DNA of 64,000 nt from an uncultured Candidatus Saccharibacteria bacterium (GCA_964561085.1 CAZLNP010000002.1:75440-139439); one strand, 5' to 3'; shown: positions 54,293-63,965, counted from the first letter of the stretch. The notes: generated by a model from the letters alone, not told the origin. Program-made: numbers and translations.

Positions 54293-55596
54293 AAATTGAT
54301 GTCGCTGGTTTAAAGATTGATGCTATTACAAAAGTAGAGTTGCTTGAGCAGATTAAGCAAAGAGTCTCGGCAAAGCAAAAAACTTTTGTCACTACTCCTT
54401 ACTCTGAATTTTTATATGCGAGTTTGCGTAGCAAAGAAACACGAGCGCTTTTAAACAGTGCAGATTTTTCTATTCCAGATGGCATAGGGATTTTGTGGGC
54501 GCAAGTGTTTATGTCACAACCATTCACTTTCTCCAACTTCTACTTAAAGATTGTACAAGCGTGGTGCCAGGTTGTGTGGACCGGGGCATCTATATTGATG
54601 AAGCCAAGTCGTATATATAAAGATATACCTGAAAAAATTGTCGGCGCAGATTTAGCGTGGGATTTAGCTGAGTTGGCTGCTAAAAATAATTTCTCGATTT
54701 ATTTGCTTGGTGCAAGAGGGGATATTGCAAATAAAGTGGCTGATAAGTTTATGAGTAAATTCCCAGGTATAAAAATTGCCGGCACTTCTAATAAAGATAT
54801 TTCAGACCCATCAATTTTTTCTGATATCACAAAAGTAGCCCCAGATATAATATTCGTGGCGTTTAGTAGACTCTCCTCTGAAGCATGGATAAAAGAAAAC
54901 CTAAAAGACTTGCCTGCATCTTTGGCAATTGGCTTAGGTGGAACTTTTGATTATATTGCAGGGGCTAAGATAGCTCCGCCGAAGTTCATTCGCGCAATTG
55001 GTTTGGAGTGGCTCTATAGACTTATAACTCAACCTTCTAGATTGAAAAGAATCATCGATGCCACTTGGGGGTTAGTGCTGGGATTAGTTAGATATAAAGT
55101 TTGGACATCTACTCCGCTAAGAAAAAATGGTGTGGCAGTAGTGGTAAATAAATACGGCAAAATTTTGTTATGCAGAAGAGTGCCAGCCCCAGCAAAACAT
55201 GGGGGAGACCCTCATGTAATACTTAATGATTATTGGCAATTTCCTCAGGGGGGATTAGACGAAGGTGAAGATCCTTTGGAAGGAACCAAAAGAGAATTGT
55301 TCGAAGAAACTTCTATAAAAAGTATTGAGCTTATTAAAGTTGCGGAATACATTAATACTTATGAATGGAATAATGCAAACCGCCCATTTATAACTAATCG
55401 GTTTAAGCATCGGGGTCAGGAACAGATAACTGCGATTCTTAAGTTTACGGGTAGTGATGAAGAGATTCATCTTGATCAACGTGAACTAATTGATTACAAA
55501 TGGGTAAATTCTCAAGATGTAGATAAAATTATATCGCCTGATAGGCGTAGGCACGCCGAGATTATCCTTGCAGAATTGGCCGAAATTCAACTATAA
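54289..55596 (+). CDS. fusion protein: WecB/TagA/CpsF (GT26) glycosyltransferase domain + C-terminal NUDIX hydrolase domain
   Basis: GT26-like N-terminal region (IYLLGARGDIANKVADKF...PDIIFVAFSRLSSEAWI...). C-terminal NUDIX box QFPQGGLDEGEDPLEGTKRELFEETS. The ATG overlaps the upstream stop (ATGA). Confidence 0.6.
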   Translation: MKIDVAGLKIDAITKVELLEQIKQRVSAKQKTFVTTPYSEFLYASLRSKETRALLNSADFSIPDGIGILWAQVFMSQPFTFSNFYLKIVQAWCQVVWTGASILMKPSRIYKDIPEKIVGADLAWDLAELAAKNNFSIYLLGARGDIANKVADKFMSKFPGIKIAGTSNKDISDPSIFSDITKVAPDIIFVAFSRLSSEAWIKENLKDLPASLAIGLGGTFDYIAGAKIAPPKFIRAIGLEWLYRLITQPSRLKRIIDATWGLVLGLVRYKVWTSTPLRKNGVAVVVNKYGKILLCRRVPAPAKHGGDPHVILNDYWQFPQGGLDEGEDPLEGTKRELFEETSIKSIELIKVAEYINTYEWNNANRPFITNRFKHRGQEQITAILKFTGSDEEIHLDQRELIDYKWVNSQDVDKIISPDRRRHAEIILAELAEIQL

Positions 55597-55616
55597 TTCA
55601 GTACTAACCTAAATTT

Positions 55617-57152
55617 ATGACCGATTCAAAACCACAGATCAATAAACCAATCCGTGCTCGATTTGCACCAAGCCCAACCGGGTTTGTGCATATTGGGAGT
55701 GTTCGAACAGCGTTATTCAATTTCTTATTGGCACGCCATTTTGGCGGAACTAGTATTCTCCGTATAGAAGATACAGATCAATCTCGTTTCGTAGATGGGT
55801 CTGTAGCAAATTTACTTTCAGTTATGAAAACCCTGGGCATCGAATTCGATGAAGGTCCTAGTGTTGATGAATCAGGTAATTTGAAAGAGCTTGGCGACTT
55901 CGGACCTTATACTCAATCGGCTCGTTTAGACATTTACAAAAAGCATATTCAAACTTTGCTTGATAGCAAAAATGCTTACTATTGTTTTTGTAGTTCAGAG
56001 AGACTAGATGAACTTCGCAAAGAACAGATGGCTCTTAAGCAACCAGCTATGTACGATCGTTTGTGTCGTAACCTGAGTGAAGAAGAGTTGGCTGGCAAAC
56101 AAGAAGAATTTAAGGTTGCAGGTAAAAATGCCGTAATCCGTTTTGCTGTGCCTTTGGAAGGGGAGACAGTTGTAAACGATTTAGTGTTTGGTGACATGAA
56201 ATATCAGAATGCTCTGTTGGATGATCATGTTCTAATAAAGTCTGATGGCTTTCCGACTTATCACTTCGCAGTCGTAGTGGATGATCATTTAATGCAAATT
56301 ACTCATGTAGTCCGCGGTGAGGAGTGGATCCCTTCAACACCAAAACACCTCTTAACTTACAAGGCTTTTGGATGGGAACCGACTCAATTTGCCCATATGC
56401 CACTAATCTTGAATCCAGATAAATCCAAGCTGTCTAAGCGCCAAGGTGATGTTGCTGCAGAGGACTTTTTGAACAAAGGTTATTTACCAGAAGCCTTAAT
56501 TAACTTTGTGGCTTTGTTAGGTTGGAATCCAAAAACAGAGCAAGAGATTTTTTCTATGGAAGAACTTATTGCTCAGTTTGATTTAGCAAAAGTAAACAAG
56601 TCAGGCGCAGTGCTAGACACAGTAAAACTAGACTGGATGAACGCTGAATATATTCGAACTCAAACAAATTCAGATTTAGTAGAACTTGCAAAACCTTATT
56701 GGTTAGAAGCGGGTGTAGATTTTAATAAGTACAGCAATGAATACTTCGAAGCAATCATAGCTTTAGAAAAAGAACGGTTGAAAAAACTTTCTGATCTTCC
56801 AGATATCACTAAATACTTTTTCGAAGAGTTGCCAAAAATTGAAGCAGAAAAATTAGTTTGGAAAAAAAGCAATCCAAAAGATACTAAACATAATTTAGTC
56901 TTACTTCAAGACCTATTTAGAATTTCTGATGACGAAGTAATGTTGTCTTCACAAAAATTAGAAGAAACAGTTAAGGCGTTTATTGCAGAGCATGAGTTAG
57001 ATAATGGCTCCGTGCTTTGGCCTCTTCGTTATGGAATGACTGGAGAAGATAAAAGTCCAAGTCCTTTCGAAGTCACTGCTACAATTTTCTTAGGTTTAGG
57101 GCGCGAAAATGTAATGAGTCGCCTACAACAGGGGATAGATTTATTAGCGTAA
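55617..57152 (+). CDS. gltX: glutamyl-tRNA synthetase
   Basis: HIGH motif (RFAPSPTGFVHIGSVRTALFN) and KMSKS motif (KLSKRQG). Confidence 0.9.
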   Translation: MTDSKPQINKPIRARFAPSPTGFVHIGSVRTALFNFLLARHFGGTSILRIEDTDQSRFVDGSVANLLSVMKTLGIEFDEGPSVDESGNLKELGDFGPYTQSARLDIYKKHIQTLLDSKNAYYCFCSSERLDELRKEQMALKQPAMYDRLCRNLSEEELAGKQEEFKVAGKNAVIRFAVPLEGETVVNDLVFGDMKYQNALLDDHVLIKSDGFPTYHFAVVVDDHLMQITHVVRGEEWIPSTPKHLLTYKAFGWEPTQFAHMPLILNPDKSKLSKRQGDVAAEDFLNKGYLPEALINFVALLGWNPKTEQEIFSMEELIAQFDLAKVNKSGAVLDTVKLDWMNAEYIRTQTNSDLVELAKPYWLEAGVDFNKYSNEYFEAIIALEKERLKKLSDLPDITKYFFEELPKIEAEKLVWKKSNPKDTKHNLVLLQDLFRISDDEVMLSSQKLEETVKAFIAEHELDNGSVLWPLRYGMTGEDKSPSPFEVTATIFLGLGRENVMSRLQQGIDLLA

Positions 57153-57195
57153 AAATTGTTTAGAATTTTGCCCCAAATGTGATATAATTTGAGTA

Positions 57196-58500
57196 ATGTT
57201 TACTCAAAGATTAGAAACCAAAACTATCTATAAAATCGTTATTTTAACCGCATTAATTGGTTTAATTAGTGTTGGATTTTTTGTTTTCTTGCTTACTTCA
57301 GCGGGGAACTCGGCTTTAGCCGCTAATGATCAAAAAGATATCTTAAACGATAAGCTGCGCAGGCTTCAAGATCAGATTAATAGCTATCAACAGTCTATTA
57401 ACCAAACCAGGAAACAAGGGGCTAGTTTGCAGAACGAAATTAGTATTTATGACAACCAGATTGCGTCTTTAGAACTCCAAATTCAAGCTAATGAGACTCA
57501 GACTGAAGACACTAATTTACAAATTGCTGAGTTGCAGACTCAAATCGATCGCCGTCGTTTAGAAATTGAAGAAAATAGAGTTATATTAGGTCAGCTAGTT
57601 GTTCAGCTCGCTGAGTTGGACGATAAATCTTTCTTGAATATTGGTTTAGGCACAGACAACTTTTCATCATTCTTAGATCAAATTCAGTACAACCGAAGCA
57701 TTACACAACAAGTTTATACTTTAGTTGCGAAAATTAAGGAAATTAAAACAAAGCTAGAAGTTCAGCAAGAAGATTTGAAGAAGTCATTACAGAAGCTCAA
57801 GGAGCTTTCGGGGCAACTTGATATCGCAAGGCAAGCATTAGATGAAGACCGTTCTTCCAAAGCTAATTTGCTAGCTCAAACTAAAGGAACAGAAGCTAAT
57901 TACAAAAAACTTCTTAACGCTAGTAATGCCGAAGAAGATAAGATTCAAGCCGAGCTCTATAACTTAGATGCAGGTGCTCGTCAGCGCGCTGGTAACCCAA
58001 CAATTTCTGCAAAGAAAGGTGTGTTAGGCTGGCCAATGGACGGCATAATGACCCAGGGATATGGTAATACAGGATTTACATCACTTGGATATAATTTCCA
58101 CAATGGAATTGACTTAGCCGCTCCTGCTGGTAAACCAATTTATGCTGCAGCAGATGGTACAGTAGCTCATTGTAATTCTAGCCAGTCTGCATATGGTAAC
58201 TGGTGTACTATCTATCATACGGTAGATACAAACAGTGGCGCGCGCGATATTGTAACTTTGTATGCTCACATGCGTTCTATGGTGGTATCACCAGGAGCAA
58301 ATGTTAAGCTTGGCGATTTAATTGGCTATGAAGGTAATACTGGAAATACAACAAGATTATTATATGGACCTGATCGAGGGTATCACTTGCACTTCACTGT
58401 GTTCGACAGAAAAGGATATACCGTAACTAAAGGGTCTTATGGAAACTATATGGTGCCGTCAGGCGTAACTTACAACCCACTTAGCTTCCTTGGTAGATGA
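57196..58500 (+). CDS. M23/LytM peptidase with an N-terminal TM and long coiled coil (EnvC-like layout)
   Basis: M23 motifs HNGIDLAAPAGKPIYAAADGTV and GYHLHF. An extended -10 TGTGATATAAT lies just upstream. Confidence 0.8.
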   Translation: MFTQRLETKTIYKIVILTALIGLISVGFFVFLLTSAGNSALAANDQKDILNDKLRRLQDQINSYQQSINQTRKQGASLQNEISIYDNQIASLELQIQANETQTEDTNLQIAELQTQIDRRRLEIEENRVILGQLVVQLAELDDKSFLNIGLGTDNFSSFLDQIQYNRSITQQVYTLVAKIKEIKTKLEVQQEDLKKSLQKLKELSGQLDIARQALDEDRSSKANLLAQTKGTEANYKKLLNASNAEEDKIQAELYNLDAGARQRAGNPTISAKKGVLGWPMDGIMTQGYGNTGFTSLGYNFHNGIDLAAPAGKPIYAAADGTVAHCNSSQSAYGNWCTIYHTVDTNSGARDIVTLYAHMRSMVVSPGANVKLGDLIGYEGNTGNTTRLLYGPDRGYHLHFTVFDRKGYTVTKGSYGNYMVPSGVTYNPLSFLGR

Positions 58501-59648
58501 TCAAACCATTCCTAAATTTTTTGAAAAACTTAGCGCCTAGTCGCCAAACAGGGCGGGCAATACTTACTGGTTTTTTCATTGTGCAATTACTGTTTGGGTA
58601 CATGGGAGCAATGCAGGTTAATACTGTTCACGCCCAACTAATACCTAACGCATTAAACTCAAATACAAATAGTAGCCCGGCTGCTATTAAGGTTCCGGTG
58701 TATAATGGAGTTGAGGATAGTATTAAAAACTTTCTTTGTGTGCCGGATGACAATAATTTAGGCACAGCTCTTTTTGATTGTATAAGTAAAGTTTACAGAT
58801 TCGGAATTGCTTTTGGTGGTATTGCGCTAGTTTTCTTCATTGTCTTTGCCGGGTATTTGTACATTGCCGGTGGGGAAGCGAGCAAGGGCAAAGGTAAAAC
58901 GATTTTCACTACGGCGCTCACAGGTATGGCCATCATTCTTTCCAGTTATGTGCTGTTAAGGTTTATCAATCCAAATTTAGTAATAATTAAACCGATTCAA
59001 ACTCCAATTTTTCAGGCAGGGGATTTACCTAGATGTGAGGATGTAGGGTTCCAAGGTAATTGTGTGCTGCCGAGTGGTAACGTACAGATTACTTCAAATG
59101 GTGGAAACGGTGCCGCGTATGGTGGCAGAGGCTGTAAGCCAATCACAAATAATAATTCTCCAGCTTCTATTGATAACCTCTCTAAAACATGTTGGGGAAA
59201 ATTTGGAGCACAGGTTGTAAAGAATGCTTCTATAGTTGCTGCGAACGAAACAGGTGGCCGTCCGATCGATGTTTTCGCGGGATCTTGTGGAGCTGGTAAA
59301 AAACCTGCTAGGTGCTCTGGTGGAGAAATTCCTGTGTTTGGAGTTTTCCAAATCAATATAGCCGCCCATCCAATCCCTGATGGTAAAGGGAATTTATTAG
59401 ATTGCCCTTCTGCATTTACACGAGGTAGCGCAAGTTTTTGCAGTAATGGATGTCAGGTGAAGGCTGATAAAAAGGATTTGTATAACCAATGTTATCAAGC
59501 ACTTAAAAATTTAAACAACGAGTTCGAGGTGGCTTGTAGGTTGTATAAAGCTAATTTGGGAAATCCAAGAGGTAAAACTGGAAAAGGGTTAGGGTTTGAT
59601 GATTGGGGGAATACGGCCAATGAACATGGAAACAAGTGTGGATTCTAA
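58497..59648 (+). CDS. secreted protein: N-terminal VirB2/TrbC-pilin-like module + Cys-rich C-terminal domain (possibly lysozyme-like)
   Basis: N-terminal module (VPVYNGVEDSIKNFLCVPDD...YRFGIAFGGIALVFFIVFAGYLYIAGGEASKGKGKTIFTTALTGMAIILSSYVLL...CEDVGFQGNCVLP) is paralogous to the genes at 60909 and 62078. The C-domain has 12 Cys and an ...ANETGG...VFGVFQINIAAH stretch reminiscent of the E...G[LV]MQ motif of lytic transglycosylases. Confidence 0.5.
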   Translation: MIKPFLNFLKNLAPSRQTGRAILTGFFIVQLLFGYMGAMQVNTVHAQLIPNALNSNTNSSPAAIKVPVYNGVEDSIKNFLCVPDDNNLGTALFDCISKVYRFGIAFGGIALVFFIVFAGYLYIAGGEASKGKGKTIFTTALTGMAIILSSYVLLRFINPNLVIIKPIQTPIFQAGDLPRCEDVGFQGNCVLPSGNVQITSNGGNGAAYGGRGCKPITNNNSPASIDNLSKTCWGKFGAQVVKNASIVAANETGGRPIDVFAGSCGAGKKPARCSGGEIPVFGVFQINIAAHPIPDGKGNLLDCPSAFTRGSASFCSNGCQVKADKKDLYNQCYQALKNLNNEFEVACRLYKANLGNPRGKTGKGLGFDDWGNTANEHGNKCGF

Positions 59649-59659
59649 TATAAAATTAC

Positions 59660-60187
59660 ATGTTTAAAAACAAGATATACATATTCATCATTGTCGGGAC
59701 AATAATCCTACTCGGATTGTTGGCTTTGCTGTATTTCTTGCCTGAAGATGAAACTAAAAATTCTTCCACAGAAGGTGGCTACCCAGTAGGTGTTTTAGAT
59801 ATCATCAAGAGCCCTGCAGAAAGAATAAATGATAATTTCAACCATTCAATTGTAGATGACAAGTACGTAATTTCTTACGGTGGCGATTTAGAGCAAGGAA
59901 CTTTTTTTATCACAGTAAACGCTGAGCCTGTAGTTGAAGTTTCAAAAATGGCTGAGAAAGTTTTCTTAGAAAAATTGGAAATTGATGAAACATACGCCTG
60001 CGAGTTATATGTAGTCTTAAATGTTCCATCGACTATAGATAGCGATTTGGCAGACTACGATTTTGGCTTGAGTTTCTGTCCTGGACGGATTCACATTGAA
60101 GACGTTCCTCGTAAAAGTATGGAACGAACTCGTTATTACGATGACTCTGACTCATCTTCAAGCACTAGCACTAATCAAATAAGATAA
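59660..60187 (+). CDS. hypothetical membrane-anchored protein
   Basis: N-terminal TM, Ser-rich C-terminus, no motif. Confidence 0.4.
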   Translation: MFKNKIYIFIIVGTIILLGLLALLYFLPEDETKNSSTEGGYPVGVLDIIKSPAERINDNFNHSIVDDKYVISYGGDLEQGTFFITVNAEPVVEVSKMAEKVFLEKLEIDETYACELYVVLNVPSTIDSDLADYDFGLSFCPGRIHIEDVPRKSMERTRYYDDSDSSSSTSTNQIR

Positions 60188-60191
60188 ATAT

Positions 60192-60896
60192 ATGGATTCA
60201 GAAAATAATTCTAGAAACATTTGGCCTTGGATATTAACTATTTTAATTGCGGCATGGTTGATTGGAATGAGTATCATTACAGCAGGGTGGTTAATTTCTA
60301 AAGAGGTTGCGAAGAACTCAAGCGAAACAATTGTAAGTGAGGAAGTAGGAATTCAAAATTTTGATATAGAAATCCCTGCAGGTCTTCCTGTCTTGGGAGA
60401 TAATAACGCTAAAGTAACTATTGTTGAGTTTGCAGACTTTCAATGTCCATTCTGTGGCGATTGGCATAAGAATGTATTTCCTAAAATCAAAGAAAAATAC
60501 ATAGATACTGGCAAAGCCCGTTTTGTTTACATGGATTATGCCTTTTTGGGAGAAGAATCTTATCAGTCAGCGCAGGCATCAAAGTGTGCGCAAGATCAAA
60601 ACAAGTTTTGGGAATATCACGATAAACTGTACGAATCTCAAAACGGTGAAAATGAGGGAGCATTTAGCTCGGCAAACCTTAAAAAATTTGCACTCGACAT
60701 TGGCTTGAACACTTCAGATTTTAATTCTTGCATGGATAATAATAAGTACCTCGGTGAGGTGAGCTCAGATTTAGAAAAAGCTTCCAATTACGATGTGCAA
60801 TCTACTCCAACAGTCTTCATTAATGGTGATAAGTACGAAGGGGTAATGCCATTTGAGACTTACGAGCAAATAATTGAAGAAAAACTAGCTCAGTAA
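60192..60896 (+). CDS. DsbA-family thiol:disulfide oxidoreductase (membrane-anchored)
   Basis: Thioredoxin-fold CxxC (FQCPFCGDWH) with the DsbA-type helical insertion. N-terminal TM. Confidence 0.75.
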   Translation: MDSENNSRNIWPWILTILIAAWLIGMSIITAGWLISKEVAKNSSETIVSEEVGIQNFDIEIPAGLPVLGDNNAKVTIVEFADFQCPFCGDWHKNVFPKIKEKYIDTGKARFVYMDYAFLGEESYQSAQASKCAQDQNKFWEYHDKLYESQNGENEGAFSSANLKKFALDIGLNTSDFNSCMDNNKYLGEVSSDLEKASNYDVQSTPTVFINGDKYEGVMPFETYEQIIEEKLAQ

Positions 60897-60908
60897 AAAA
60901 TAAAAGTA

Positions 60909-62069
60909 GTGCAAAAACTAAAACAAACATTATTTATATCCCTGCTTTGTGTACTTACAGTTATTCCTTATACTGTTCTAGCTCAAGGAACTGCCAACAC
61001 CAATGCTAATGCTAATACCAACAAGGCTACCTATGCTGGAATGGAAGTCCCCAAGTACGGAGGCGTTCAAGATAGCATAGCTCAATTCCTTTGTACTCCT
61101 AGCGAAGGAGCTGCTGATGGAAAAGACCTAGAAAGATGCATTAACAAGATGTACAGATTTGGTATTTCTTTTGGTGGAATAGCTTTGGTATTCTTCCTAG
61201 TATTTGCAGGCTATATGTACATCATGGGAGGGGAATCAGGCAAAACCAAAGCTAAAGGTATTGTGCAGAACGCTTTAGTTGGTATTGCCATACTTTTGGG
61301 TACTTACGTTTTGTTAGGATTCATCAATCCTAATCTTTTGATATTTAAATCTATCCAACCGCCGATCTTTAACGCAGGAAGTTTACCTAAATGCGACGCA
61401 GTTGGATTAGGACAGCAGTGTGTTTTGCCTGGTGGAGGTGTTGCTACTGGTGATGGTCAAGGTGGTGGTACTCCAGTTGGGTCTGTAAATGGGAAAGGTT
61501 TAGAGGGGAAAAAAGTTTTCATTTTTGGTGACTCTCTTACAAAAGGTTTTGCAGCTCAGCTTCAAACTCAAGTGAAGATGGCAAAGCTTGATGTATTGGG
61601 TAAAGGAGGTTCTACTATTGAAGATTGGTTAAATGGTGGAACTTCTTTGAATGGGTCTGTGCCTAAGATATCTGATCATCTTGCTTCGCTATCATCCAAG
61701 CCAGATGTTGTTATAGTTATGCTAGGAACAAACAATACACGAGGTGGAGTTAAGCCTGCCAGTGTTAAGTTGATGGATCAAAAATTAAGCGGGTATAGCG
61801 CTATCTGGATAGCACCTCCAAAATTTAGCCAGCCAAGTTGTTATGGAATTACCCATCAAAATAGTTCCGACGCAGATAATTCCATAGCCTCTGAGTTCAC
61901 TGGCAGCGGTCATTCTGTATTTAAATCGGCAGATAGCAACATTGATTTACAACTCGGTAAATTAAGCGATTGCTCCAAAGCACTAAAAGGAGCCTCTGGT
62001 AGTGGTTACGAGATCCATCCTGGGGTTCCCGGTCATACTAATTGGGCAAAATCATTCTTGGGGAATTAA
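60909..62069 (+). CDS. secreted protein: VirB2/TrbC-pilin-like N-terminal module + SGNH/GDSL hydrolase domain
   Basis: Module EVPKYGGVQDSIAQFLCTP...MYRFGISFGGIALVFFLVFAGYMYIMGGESGKTKAKGIVQNALVGIAILLG... GDSL block I KKVFIFGDSLTKGF; block III VIVMLGTNN. Confidence 0.6.
   Translation: MQKLKQTLFISLLCVLTVIPYTVLAQGTANTNANANTNKATYAGMEVPKYGGVQDSIAQFLCTPSEGAADGKDLERCINKMYRFGISFGGIALVFFLVFAGYMYIMGGESGKTKAKGIVQNALVGIAILLGTYVLLGFINPNLLIFKSIQPPIFNAGSLPKCDAVGLGQQCVLPGGGVATGDGQGGGTPVGSVNGKGLEGKKVFIFGDSLTKGFAAQLQTQVKMAKLDVLGKGGSTIEDWLNGGTSLNGSVPKISDHLASLSSKPDVVIVMLGTNNTRGGVKPASVKLMDQKLSGYSAIWIAPPKFSQPSCYGITHQNSSDADNSIASEFTGSGHSVFKSADSNIDLQLGKLSDCSKALKGASGSGYEIHPGVPGHTNWAKSFLGN
61044..61302 (+). repeat. 259-bp perfect direct repeat, copy 1 (within the 60909 gene)
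   Basis: By reading, identical base-for-base to 62174-62432, including all synonymous positions. Flanking sequence diverges immediately on both sides. Confidence 0.85.
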
Positions 62070-62077
62070 AAATCAAT

Positions 62078-63637
62078 ATGAACAAAATAAAACAAATTCT
62101 AATTGCTATAACTTTAGGGCTGATATTTGCGAATCCCGTGATGGTAATCGCCCAAACTACAAGTAACGCCATCGAAGTCCCCAAGTACGGAGGCGTTCAA
62201 GATAGCATAGCTCAATTCCTTTGTACTCCTAGCGAAGGAGCTGCTGATGGAAAAGACCTAGAAAGATGCATTAACAAGATGTACAGATTTGGTATTTCTT
62301 TTGGTGGAATAGCTTTGGTATTCTTCCTAGTATTTGCAGGCTATATGTACATCATGGGAGGGGAATCAGGCAAAACCAAAGCTAAAGGTATTGTGCAGAA
62401 CGCTTTAGTTGGTATTGCCATACTTTTGGGTAGCTATGTAATTCTTTACTTCATTAACCCAAATTTAACAATTCTTAAGTCCATACAGCCACCAATTTTT
62501 GATGCCGCTAATTTACCAAGATGTGATGAGGTTGGTTTCGGAGAACAATGCGTAGTTCCTTCCGGAGGAGTTAGTAGTGGAGGCGGTGGTAAATGTGTAG
62601 TTCCAATTGCTGAATCATCTCTTAACGGAGCATTTAATAATACTATACACGGTCGCTCTGGACATGGACCAGTTCGTGATGCTCCAAATAGCCCTCCACC
62701 AGAAGGTATTGTTGATGTTGGTGGTAAGGGAGGCTCTCCTGTATTCTCTGCTATAACTGGAAAAGTTGTGCACGAAGGAGACTTAGGCAGAACTGGTAAA
62801 TATGTTTCAATTATTTCTGATCCTGCTGGTGATAGGTACGGTTGCGAGAAGTCTGATGCATGCGCTAATCAAGCCCATATTGACCCAAGCGTTAAAGTTG
62901 GAGACATGGTAACTGCTGGTCAACAGATTGGTGTTCTGACTAACTACTCTACTAATGGGGGAATGGGTCCACACTTGCACATGGAACTAAAACTTGGTGG
63001 GCAGTGGGTTTTAGGTGATGGTTTTAAGGCAACCTGGACTGCAATGAAAACAGCTTGCGCTAATTCCGGGGCGGGGAATGGCGGGGGCGGTGAAGCCCCT
63101 GCAGGAACAGTTGCTGTAAACGATGTTGTAGTGGATATGCAGTATGTTAAAGCTAGCCCCTCAAGTCATAATTTTATGAGCACAGCGTTGTACGTCGGCG
63201 AATTTAGTAAATATGGAAGCGTTTGTTATTTAGCCAGTGACACGGCTGCTAAAATTGCTAAAGCCGCTAAAGCGTTAGAATCTAAAAAGTGGAAAATTAA
63301 AGCATGGGATTGTTATCGACCAATCGAGATTCAAAAAAAGATGTATGATTGGGCTGCAAAAAATGGTAAATCAGGCCTAGTTGCCGTACCAGGGAACGGT
63401 AAGCACCCTAAAGGCATGGCCATTGATGCCACATTGGTTGATGAAAATGGAAAAGATGTTTTAATGCCAACTCACTTTGACTATTTTGTTAAAAATGGCA
63501 TGCAGCATCCCGGCTCTGCAGCATATAATGCAACGCCAAAAGAAGCACGAGATAATGCCGCTTTGTTAAATAAGATCATGACTGACGCTGGTCTTAAACG
63601 AGCTGGTAATGAGTGGTGGCATTTCGAAGAAAAATAA
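62078..63637 (+). CDS. secreted protein: VirB2/TrbC-pilin-like module + M23 peptidase domain + VanX/M15-type D-Ala-D-Ala dipeptidase-like domain
   Basis: Same N-module as 60909, with a 259-nt identical DNA segment. M23-like HLHMELK. VanX-like motifs GKHPKGMAIDATL and NEWWHFE. Start at ATG 62078 (MNKIKQIL...). Confidence 0.6.
   Translation: MNKIKQILIAITLGLIFANPVMVIAQTTSNAIEVPKYGGVQDSIAQFLCTPSEGAADGKDLERCINKMYRFGISFGGIALVFFLVFAGYMYIMGGESGKTKAKGIVQNALVGIAILLGSYVILYFINPNLTILKSIQPPIFDAANLPRCDEVGFGEQCVVPSGGVSSGGGGKCVVPIAESSLNGAFNNTIHGRSGHGPVRDAPNSPPPEGIVDVGGKGGSPVFSAITGKVVHEGDLGRTGKYVSIISDPAGDRYGCEKSDACANQAHIDPSVKVGDMVTAGQQIGVLTNYSTNGGMGPHLHMELKLGGQWVLGDGFKATWTAMKTACANSGAGNGGGGEAPAGTVAVNDVVVDMQYVKASPSSHNFMSTALYVGEFSKYGSVCYLASDTAAKIAKAAKALESKKWKIKAWDCYRPIEIQKKMYDWAAKNGKSGLVAVPGNGKHPKGMAIDATLVDENGKDVLMPTHFDYFVKNGMQHPGSAAYNATPKEARDNAALLNKIMTDAGLKRAGNEWWHFEEK
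62174..62432 (+). repeat. 259-bp perfect direct repeat, copy 2 (within the 62078 gene)
   Basis: See copy 1. Encodes VPKYGGVQDS...GIAILLG of the pilin-like module. Confidence 0.85.
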
Positions 63638-63659
63638 CCATTCATTTGCTTAGTTAAAT

Positions 63660-63965
63660 CTAAACTAGTTTATTAACTAAATTAACTTTCTCCTTGCGAG
63701 AAAGTTTTTTTATTTCTGCTTCACGAGTAGCAGCTTCTTTTTGATTTTTATGTTCTTCGAAGAAGACAATTTCTTTGGCTCCGTGCGCACGAGTATACTT
63801 AGAACCGGTACCTGACTTGTGAGCTTCTAGTCGGCTATTCAGATCTACAGTGATCCCTGTGTAGTAAGTATCATCTGCACATAGGAGGATGTATACATAC
63901 CAAGGCTTAGCATTGTTTGGGTTGTCTTTAAACATACATAGATTATAACATTCAACACAGGTCAA
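63660..63965 (-). CDS. small GIY-YIG nuclease-family protein (UPF0213/Slx1-like)
   Basis: KPWYVYILLCADDTYYTGITVDLNSRLEAHKSG; 101 aa. Confidence 0.6.
   Translation of the reverse strand: MTCVECYNLCMFKDNPNNAKPWYVYILLCADDTYYTGITVDLNSRLEAHKSGTGSKYTRAHGAKEIVFFEEHKNQKEAATREAEIKKLSRKEKVNLVNKLV

Noticed and set aside
59012-59369. Two minus-strand ORFs (114 and 91 aa) antisense to the Cys-rich secreted protein gene; also 60523-60708 inside dsbA.
   Set aside because: Antisense or nested. The sense frames have clear domain signatures (pilin-like module, CPFC thioredoxin).
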